Program-made: the position numbers and the translations under genes
In this document: one piece after another, positions 39,892-46,809 of the stretch
Layout of the letters: the number at the start of each line of letters is the position of its first letter
How positions within the stretch are numbered: position 1 is the stretch's first letter
From: Patescibacteria group bacterium
GTDB lineage: Bacteria; Patescibacteriota; UBA1384; XYA2-FULL-43-10; 1-14-0-10-43-13
Assembly: GCA_041674765.1 (NCBI GenBank)
Contig: JBAYVE010000003.1
Coordinates: forward strand, 2,040-66,039
Length of the DNA stretch: 64,000 nt
Reading direction: 5' to 3'
Notes under the pieces: generated by a model
Seen by the model: only the letters and a program-made list of their open reading frames with translations
Databases searched by the model: none
What the model was told of the DNA's origin: nothing

Positions 39892-40440
39892 TTGAACAAA
39901 AAACATCACAATGAGAACACAAACTATTTCCTTCGTACTCTGGGTTGTATTGGTAATAGTAATATATTAAGTAATCATATTAAAATAATATATGACCGGC
40001 TATCGCATAAAGGCAGTAATTTTACTGCTGAAAATGATACTGATTATTATAGCTGGTTGACTTTAAACGTTATTTCCATTTCACAGGAACTTGAACACAA
40101 ATATTATAGACACAACCCTAATCATTCGCCAGAAAACAACCAGCTACTGTATAAAAATATTATTGATTATTTTAAGATTCACCTTGATTTAGAAAACAAG
40201 AACAAATTGCATTACGTTTATAGCACTATGGAATTAAGACATCGGATAATACATCTTGGTGTCCCAAATTTGATAATAAATGTTAAGAATAAAAAGTTTA
40301 TTCAAAATGTGCTTGATGGTGATTATAAGCTTGCCGAAAAGTACTTTCAGAAAGCCATGACATTGTTATGGATAATTCCCGATCCAATTGCCGAACTCCC
40401 TGGAATATGCCAGATTGGTACTTACTTAGAAAATAACTGA
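39892..40440 (+). CDS. Hypothetical protein with HEPN-like RxxxxH motif
   Basis: ELRHRIIH in a helical protein within the defence island. Confidence 0.45.
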   Translation: MNKKHHNENTNYFLRTLGCIGNSNILSNHIKIIYDRLSHKGSNFTAENDTDYYSWLTLNVISISQELEHKYYRHNPNHSPENNQLLYKNIIDYFKIHLDLENKNKLHYVYSTMELRHRIIHLGVPNLIINVKNKKFIQNVLDGDYKLAEKYFQKAMTLLWIIPDPIAELPGICQIGTYLENN

Positions 40441-40447
40441 TAACTGT

Positions 40448-41752
40448 ATGCAACTTAATTCTGATCAAAAAGGTAAAATTGGAGAGAAATTTATACATGA
40501 TATGGCATATCAGTCATTTTTAAAGTACTGGTGTTATCCCAATCCAAAAGACGAGAAAGGTGATAAAAAAGAAATTTGTGATCTACTAATACTCTTTAAA
40601 GATACTCTGATTATCATTTGTGTTAAAAATCTAGAATTTAAAGGGAATTACGATAGATATTTTCGAAAATCAATTGAGAAGGATATTAAGCAGGTTTATG
40701 GCGCAGAGCGCAAGCTAACAAACAAAGAAATCGAGACGTTTATTAAACACCCTGATCGAGAGATCGAAAAAATTAACAAAAAAAGCATAAACAAAATAAT
40801 ACGCTTAGTTGTTCATCTTGGAGATGACATTCAGTTTTACCCAATATTTGATTTATCAAAAAATCAAGAATTCGTTAACATTTTTGATAAAGATACTTTT
40901 TTCACACTTGTCTCAGAGCTTGATACAATACCAGACTTTATTGACTATCTTGAAAAGAGAGAACAAATATTTCAAAAAACTGACGCAATAATTTTACCGA
41001 AAGAAGAGTATGACTTCGACGAAGAAACAGCATTGCAATTTTTTGATTATGACTCACAAAAACCATCCCCTGCCGATAAGAAACACATTTTGATTTCTGG
41101 TTCTGAATGTGATTTATTGGCATATTATTTAATGAATAATCGTCAATTTATTGAGCATTTGTCATCAAAAGAACTTAATAGTCTCTCTTTGCAAATTGAT
41201 GGCAAATGGAAAGAGTTTATTAAAAATAAGCAACTTCTTGCCAAGAAAAATTTAGACAAGGTTAGTTATTTTATAGATGAATTTGTTAGAAAAGAGATAC
41301 TTGCTTGCCAAAATCCTAAATCAGTCAGAATGGCCCAGGAATTACTGTCTTTTAATAGGTTTGAGCGCCGAATTATTTCCAAATCGTTTTTTGAGTTTTA
41401 TGATCGATATAAAGATAGTCATGGATATAAAATTGGCAGAAGATTCGGTGAAGTTAATGGAGTTGGAATTGTTTTTATATTCTATTCTTCGGACATGAAA
41501 GAAGAGCATGTTAATCAATCATTATCTTTAGCAATGGATAGTTTTTGCATATATAATGGATATAAAAATAATAAAATGATCCTGATAGCAACAACTAATA
41601 ATCTTAGCCAATTTAAATATGGTTTAGTCGAGAATATAGTTCCATTTGATAGAGTTACGGAAAAAGCGATAATGGAAGATGCGAAACAACTTGGCTGGTT
41701 TACACAATTACAATATATTAATTGGCATGAAAAGGAATATCCGGATTGTTAG
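40448..41752 (+). CDS. NERD-like nuclease domain protein
   Basis: GKIGE...EICDLLI...ICVK...Q. Confidence 0.6.
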   Translation: MQLNSDQKGKIGEKFIHDMAYQSFLKYWCYPNPKDEKGDKKEICDLLILFKDTLIIICVKNLEFKGNYDRYFRKSIEKDIKQVYGAERKLTNKEIETFIKHPDREIEKINKKSINKIIRLVVHLGDDIQFYPIFDLSKNQEFVNIFDKDTFFTLVSELDTIPDFIDYLEKREQIFQKTDAIILPKEEYDFDEETALQFFDYDSQKPSPADKKHILISGSECDLLAYYLMNNRQFIEHLSSKELNSLSLQIDGKWKEFIKNKQLLAKKNLDKVSYFIDEFVRKEILACQNPKSVRMAQELLSFNRFERRIISKSFFEFYDRYKDSHGYKIGRRFGEVNGVGIVFIFYSSDMKEEHVNQSLSLAMDSFCIYNGYKNNKMILIATTNNLSQFKYGLVENIVPFDRVTEKAIMEDAKQLGWFTQLQYINWHEKEYPDC

Positions 41753-41783
41753 GTAATTAGTAATAAATGAGATTATCAAGAAA

Positions 41784-42251
41784 ATGAAAGTTCAAGAATT
41801 TGATAAAAATGACAAAGTATCAACTTTCTTCATCGATCGCTGGGGATGCGATTTTATAGTTTCAGGTGAAGAGAAATTATATGGCAAAGATTTGCCTGGT
41901 TTTGCAGTGTACGGAGACAATAAAATTATTGGCTTGTTGACCTATCATCTTAAAAACAATGAGTGCGAGATTGTAACGCTTGATTCGATTGAACTAAATA
42001 GTGGAATCGGATCTGCTCTGCTCAATGCTATGGTTAAAAAAGCAATTGATAATAAATACTCAAGACTCTGGTTAATGACTACTAATGATAATATTGATGC
42101 AATGCGTTTTTATCAGAAACGAGGTTTTGTTTTTAGTGGGATTAACATAGATGCAATTCAAAAAAGCCGTGACCTGGGGCAAGAAATACCAGAGACGGGT
42201 CATTATAATATACCTATTAGAGACGAGATTGAGCTTGAATATCAATTATAG
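41784..42251 (+). CDS. GNAT acetyltransferase
   Basis: GIGSALL, TTNDN, FYQKRGF. Confidence 0.88.
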   Translation: MKVQEFDKNDKVSTFFIDRWGCDFIVSGEEKLYGKDLPGFAVYGDNKIIGLLTYHLKNNECEIVTLDSIELNSGIGSALLNAMVKKAIDNKYSRLWLMTTNDNIDAMRFYQKRGFVFSGINIDAIQKSRDLGQEIPETGHYNIPIRDEIELEYQL

Positions 42252-42259
42252 TAAAAAAT

Positions 42260-42748
42260 ATGATTTACCATCCAGAATTATTTTATCTTCAAGACACAAA
42301 AAACTTTCCGCTTAAGAAAGCACTTTTAGCGACTGCGAAAGCAGTTTCGACCTTTTCTTATGATTATTATTCTGAGCTCATTACTCCTAAAAAAGGAATC
42401 AAGGATAAAATTCGGCAAGGCACATTACCTCAAGATAAAGCAGCAAGAGAAAAATTGATTGAAGAAATATTTGATTGGATCACGGACAATTCGGAATGCT
42501 GGGATTTATTTGCTTTATTTTTATATGGAAACCCTCGGAATACTAAGCGGGATGAGTGCGATAAATTTGACCATCATGATGATACTTGTTGCTGGGTATT
42601 AAACCTATCAGAAGAAGAGTTTTTAAAAGTTCAAAAAGTCTGGCAAGGAAATGGTCTGCCATCTGATTTATTTTATAATCGAGATCTAGGTGTTCAAAAG
42701 GGTTGGCGATATTATTCGCCGAAACGATGGGAAGCTCGTAATAAATAA
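42260..42748 (+). CDS. Hypothetical protein
   Basis: Intact co-oriented ORF. Confidence 0.6.
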   Translation: MIYHPELFYLQDTKNFPLKKALLATAKAVSTFSYDYYSELITPKKGIKDKIRQGTLPQDKAAREKLIEEIFDWITDNSECWDLFALFLYGNPRNTKRDECDKFDHHDDTCCWVLNLSEEEFLKVQKVWQGNGLPSDLFYNRDLGVQKGWRYYSPKRWEARNK

Positions 42749-42780
42749 ACGCTTATTAACTTATTACAAAAGAGATACGT

Positions 42781-43317
42781 ATGAAAGAATTAAACCTAAG
42801 GGCTCTTAATAAAAACGATGAGGTTGCTCACACATTATTCATTAGTGAAATGATGGAAGCCGACGGTAGAATTGTGCCAACAGCTATGGAAATTATGGAG
42901 AGTGATCAATTATTTGAAAATTGGTTAGAACGTAAGAGCAACGAATCAAAAGGTATCGGTCTACCAGAAGGAAAAGTGCCTGCAACGCTATTGTGCTTGT
43001 TTGGAGAAGGTGAAAGTAAAATACTTGGTGCGGTACATATTAGACATGAATTAAATGAGCATTTATTGCTTCATGGTGGAAATATTGGTTATGGAGTCAC
43101 ACCATCTGAACGCAAAAAGGGTTATGCAAATGCAATGCTTTCAATGGCTTTAGATTTTTGTAAGAATTTAGGACTGGATAAAACTTTAGTTACTTGTGAT
43201 AAGGACAACATTGGCTCTGCTAAAACTATTCAGAAAAATGGTGGCGTGCTATGGGATGAATTTGTCAGCGAGCGAGATGGAAAATTAACTCAAAGATATT
43301 GGATTAGCCTTAAGTAA
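42781..43317 (+). CDS. GNAT acetyltransferase
   Basis: GGNIGY...RKKGYA, NIGSAKTIQKNGG. Confidence 0.88.
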   Translation: MKELNLRALNKNDEVAHTLFISEMMEADGRIVPTAMEIMESDQLFENWLERKSNESKGIGLPEGKVPATLLCLFGEGESKILGAVHIRHELNEHLLLHGGNIGYGVTPSERKKGYANAMLSMALDFCKNLGLDKTLVTCDKDNIGSAKTIQKNGGVLWDEFVSERDGKLTQRYWISLK

Positions 43318-43569
43318 TTCTTTCTGGGCTTTTTTAATTGCTGCTTTGATTTTCTCTTTATCGTTTGGCTTTACGGTAATCATAGTTTTGACACCGGTAT
43401 TTGTATCAATAATTATATGCGGGTCATCGCTCCACGGTAGATAATTTATTTCTGTAATCTGCTTAACCGGAATCACCGTTTTGTCCATTCCTCGGAAAAT
43501 TGAGAATTTCTCCTCGGTAATTCGAATCTCGCCACCTTTTGGGATCTTTGTTTGAAATAATGTTTCCAT
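43285..43569 (-). CDS. Small PH-like fold protein downstream of a structured leader
   Basis: AAGGGG RBS; IPVKQITEINY pattern. Confidence 0.55.
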   Translation of the reverse strand: METLFQTKIPKGGEIRITEEKFSIFRGMDKTVIPVKQITEINYLPWSDDPHIIIDTNTGVKTMITVKPNDKEKIKAAIKKAQKELLKANPISLS

Positions 43570-43610
43570 TTTTTCCCCTTGTTAATTAATATTTAACTTC
43601 CTTGATAATA

Positions 43611-43746
43611 AAAAAGGACAACCACTAGGTTGTCGAGACCAACAACAGGTTGTGCCTATTGCTTATTGTGGTTGCCCTTATTTCAAGCACAACCACTCTG
43701 GCCAAAAAAATGACTTGAGTAAAAATACCTTTTTGTTGATCTCGAC
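43611..43746 (-). ncRNA. Candidate structured leader / attenuator RNA
   Basis: Nested inverted repeats, terminator with U-tract and upstream promoter (see findings). Confidence 0.55.
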
Positions 43747-43752
43747 GTGATT

Positions 43753-43781
43753 ATCTTATCAGTTGGAGTAAAAAGATTCAA
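43753..43781 (-). promoter_or_regulatory. Sigma70 promoter driving the structured leader
   Basis: TTGAAT-N17-TAAGAT; predicted +1 near 43746. Confidence 0.6.
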
Positions 43782-43829
43782 TGTCTAGTACGTGTCTAAT
43801 ACGTGTTCAAAAAAAGCGAATTGAAGGAG

Positions 43830-44237
43830 TTACTTTAAGTATTTTTGAATAATACTGTTTGTTTGGTTTGCGATTCTTTTCTTGGCAACTGGGATGAGTT
43901 CTGAAACAGAAGATCTAGTCTTTTCGAAGGCCTCTTCTAAAGTAATTCCGTTATTATAATGCTCTTTTTCATATACTTGCACCTCCTTTGCCATTTCTTC
44001 GGTAACCGATTCTGGGTTCTTTAATCCTCTTTCAACTTTGATCCACCAGGCCAATTCGTTTCTTAGTTTGGTAAATTCGATCGCATCTTCTCTCTCCATC
44101 AAAAAACCAAACCGGTTCTTTACTTTTTGAATCGATTTCCCAATCTCTTTGTCGTTTGGCTCTTGGACTTCTGGTCCCAATTTAGCATTATCTTTATTCA
44201 TAGCATTTCCTTCTTTTTTAATTGAATAACAAACCAA
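43830..44237 (-). CDS. Hypothetical protein
   Basis: Intact ORF downstream of the PLD gene; start likely at MNKD behind AAGGA. Confidence 0.6.
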   Translation of the reverse strand: MVCYSIKKEGNAMNKDNAKLGPEVQEPNDKEIGKSIQKVKNRFGFLMEREDAIEFTKLRNELAWWIKVERGLKNPESVTEEMAKEVQVYEKEHYNNGITLEEAFEKTRSSVSELIPVAKKRIANQTNSIIQKYLK

Positions 44238-44943
44238 TCAGTGACGCAATCGTCACAGTACTTTTCAATAATAGCACTAAAAAATGAATTGCAAAAATTA
44301 TCACAATTACAACAGCTGGGGAAGCAGCGCAAATAATTATAAGCAATGCCTTTTTTCTGTTTTTCTCTCGTATGCTTATGACGAGTCCTTGGTACATTTT
44401 TTCATACAATTTCTTGTACTCGGCAACCAACATCTTGTTGAGGCCTAAAAACTCAAGCATTTTTAAGCTCGTTGTTTCATCATCTATTCTTCTCATTATC
44501 TCTCTACTTTGTCTTTGTGAAAGGATGTTTAGACTGCCTTCCCACAATATTTTACGATCAATCACAGCCATTTTTTGATGGATAAAGCCTGGCAGATAAA
44601 TAATCGTTGCTCCGTATTCCTCGTACTCTCTCAAGGCGCAGGATATTTCACTTTTTGCAAAGTATTCGTGCTCTTCTAGTGGTCTCGTAAAGATGAATAT
44701 TGGTATATTTCTTTGCCGAAGCTTGATAAATGTATCTTTGAAGAAACTGGATCGAAATTTGGATATAAATGGGCAATGAATAACAACTTCCTTTTGCGCT
44801 GATAATAAATCTTTGACAAACGCTTTGTAAAAAGTCTTTTCGTTAAACAGCTCAAGCTTGCTGATCCTTTCATAGGTCTCAAGATCGACTTCCTGCTGTT
44901 TTTTTGCTAGATACCTTTGATAAGATGGCGTTAAAACTGGCAT
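44218..44943 (-). CDS. PLD-like (HKD) nuclease domain with C-terminal TM segment
   Basis: HQKMAVID...GSLN; GGAGG RBS. Confidence 0.8.
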   Translation of the reverse strand: MPVLTPSYQRYLAKKQQEVDLETYERISKLELFNEKTFYKAFVKDLLSAQKEVVIHCPFISKFRSSFFKDTFIKLRQRNIPIFIFTRPLEEHEYFAKSEISCALREYEEYGATIIYLPGFIHQKMAVIDRKILWEGSLNILSQRQSREIMRRIDDETTSLKMLEFLGLNKMLVAEYKKLYEKMYQGLVISIREKNRKKALLIIICAASPAVVIVIIFAIHFLVLLLKSTVTIASLIGLLFN

Positions 44944-45005
44944 TTCTTCCTCCTTTATTATTTTATTAAGCTGGAAATTTTCGTTAATTGTGATATATTT
45001 GTGAT

Positions 45006-45221
45006 ATGAACAAGAAACAAAGCGAAGATATATTCAAAGATTTGGGTGTGAAGCTCAGGGGTTTTCGCGAGAAAACTGGAATGACCCAAGCGGAAGTGGC
45101 TGAACAGGCCGGAATTCATGTAAATTATTATGCTCGGATTGAGAGAGGCGAAGAGAATCCTACATATGAAGTGCTTCTCAAAATCAAGAGCGCACTAAAA
45201 ATAAAGTCAGATCTCGTCTAA
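45006..45221 (+). CDS. XRE/Cro HTH transcriptional regulator
   Basis: MTQAEVAEQAGIHVNYYARIERGEENPT. Confidence 0.9.
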   Translation: MNKKQSEDIFKDLGVKLRGFREKTGMTQAEVAEQAGIHVNYYARIERGEENPTYEVLLKIKSALKIKSDLV

Positions 45222-45306
45222 CTCCTTTTGTTCTTTGTAAATTTCCCTTAATTTAGGCTCCCAATCCAGAACTATATCGAAAAAGGTGTTCCATGTTTCA
45301 AGATTA

Positions 45307-45316
45307 AGGTCCACCA
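45307..45316 (+). other. Putative attR: tRNA-Ala/tmRNA 3' end remnant AGGTCCACCA
   Basis: Acceptor strand consistent with G3.U70, A73 and CCA, followed directly by a terminator; sits at the cargo/core boundary. Confidence 0.6.
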
Positions 45317-45350
45317 ATAAAAAGATTAGTCCTAGACTAGTCTTTTTATT
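45316..45350. terminator. Bidirectional terminator
   Basis: AATAAAAAGATTAGTC-CTA-GACTAGTCTTTTTATT (one mismatch). Confidence 0.75.
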
Positions 45351-45406
45351 ATACCTGTAGCGAATAATAGAACCCTGCCTTAAAAAGAAGGAGGGCCAGC
45401 GTGCAG

Positions 45407-46411
45407 CTAGCCCTTGGGGTTGAACGAGGGGTAGGGAAATTTGGAGTTCAATTTCCCACAGAATCTGAGGATGGCATCTCGAGGAGTTTGTAGCAACGAC
45501 AGTGCTTGCAGCAAGGCAACGACTCGCTGTGGTGCTAAGGTGATCCAACTTGGAATGATATAGCACCAGATCGAGCATCCTTGGCAGAATGCATGCTTGC
45601 CCTGCATTTTCATCGCCTTTAAACGATGAGATGAGTTTACCGCTTCGCGAAGATTCAAGTCGTCGAGCGATATACTGCCCACTTCCCGATGGAAACAAGG
45701 CAGAACCAGGCGGTTGTCAGACGAGATTGTAAGAACCGAACTAACAGCCTTGCAGGTGGGGTTTTGAATATTATTTCCACCTCGTGCAATAAATCTCAAC
45801 TTACCGCGACTTGTTTGAACATCGGCCTGTTTCGCAAACCAGAGCAACAACTCCATCTCATCTGAACTGAACTCTGAATCAAACAGTGGATTTACATTGA
45901 TCATTACGCCAAATTCTCTCGCTAAACGCAGAACATCACAGAATATTTCAGATCTTATATTACCTTTTTCTCCAGGCATTACAGTAAAAAGCAATTGAGT
46001 TGGTCTATTCTGTCTCACTGAACGAGCCAGTTCCAATCCATGGAGAATACTGGGGTAAAAACCATGTCCATGGTGATTGTGATAAGACTCATCACCATCA
46101 ATCGAAAAGCGAAGAATTGTTGGTAAGCCGATTAATTCTTCGCCTCGTCTGGCAATCATCGGTCCACTGACGGTAAGTGAACTGACTTGATCCAGACGGT
46201 TTGATAACTTCAATGCTTCTCCTAGCCAATCGCAGAGCAATGGATTGCCACCTGTGAAATCGACATAAGGAATTCGAAGTTCTTTGATCTGGAGCAAAAG
46301 GCCTGCAATCTTGTCGAAATCAGCATCTCCAGGATAGGAGGAGCGAACTCGGCAGAAACTGCAGACATGATCACACCTTGTAGTGCAATACAGTTGAACT
46401 GCCGAGAGCAT
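45407..46411 (-). CDS. Radical SAM protein with Twitch/SPASM-like C-terminus
   Basis: CDHVCSFC, FTGGNP, FSIDG, LPCFH, CQGCSIWC; AAAGGAG RBS supports start at 46411. Confidence 0.85.
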   Translation of the reverse strand: MLSAVQLYCTTRCDHVCSFCRVRSSYPGDADFDKIAGLLLQIKELRIPYVDFTGGNPLLCDWLGEALKLSNRLDQVSSLTVSGPMIARRGEELIGLPTILRFSIDGDESYHNHHGHGFYPSILHGLELARSVRQNRPTQLLFTVMPGEKGNIRSEIFCDVLRLAREFGVMINVNPLFDSEFSSDEMELLLWFAKQADVQTSRGKLRFIARGGNNIQNPTCKAVSSVLTISSDNRLVLPCFHREVGSISLDDLNLREAVNSSHRLKAMKMQGKHAFCQGCSIWCYIIPSWITLAPQRVVALLQALSLLQTPRDAILRFCGKLNSKFPYPSFNPKG

Positions 46412-46579
46412 CTCGATCTCCTTTCTGGAAGATAAGACGACAATAACAAAAATGTAGTAATATGACAATTTAATGAGCTTAAGTTTCATTTCGAACCGTT
46501 ACACTTTAAAAAAAGACATCCCAACCTGTTTCCTTGTAATATGGTAGTACCAGCTAACATATACTAGGAGGGAATTAGA

Positions 46580-46717
46580 ATGTCTTACACTTATCTTACC
46601 AGAGATGATCGAATTAGTTTAAGTGCACTTTTGAAGGAGGGCTTGAATCTTTTTTTAAGCATTTTTTATTGTAGAAAAACCTCGAAAATGATATTGTTAC
46701 TCATGAAGAAGCAATAA
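46580..46717 (+). pseudogene. IS30-family transposase N-terminal remnant
   Basis: AGGAGG RBS then MSYTYLTRDDRISLSALLKEGL, like the IS30 HTH start, then unrelated sequence and an early stop. Confidence 0.5.
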
Positions 46718-46722
46718 GGTGT

Positions 46723-46795
46723 TGGATCCCCGGGTCATGGTGTTGCCCGTTCGACTTTCACTCAGGGCAAGCTCTATCCGAGGATGACACTATTT
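46723..46795. repeat. Nested REP-like palindromic element
   Basis: GGATCCCCGGGTCA...CGAGGATGACA with inner TTGCCC...GGGCAA; last 17 nt identical to 47649-47665. Confidence 0.6.
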
Positions 46796-46809
46796 ATTAG
46801 AGGATCCAG

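Larger units (their letters stand above)
1..45316. mobile_element. Integrative conjugative element (left end outside the window)
   Basis: Serine recombinase at left edge, VirB4/PrgI/VirB6/pilin, relaxase-like protein, VirD4, defence and biosynthetic cargo; tRNA-like 3' remnant at 45307-45316; housekeeping genes start shortly after. Confidence 0.8.

Noticed and set aside
43782-43807. Short tandem repeat TGTCTAGTACG/TGTCTAATACG
   Set aside because: Only about two units; could be an operator next to the -35 box but cannot be supported further
45240-45316. Complete tRNA gene
   Set aside because: Only the last 10 nt resemble a tRNA; no T-loop or cloverleaf upstream
45207-45698. 163-aa ORF as a real gene
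   Set aside because: Most of it overlaps the rSAM gene out of frame and crosses a terminator; only the last 36 or so codons look meaningful (recombinase tail)
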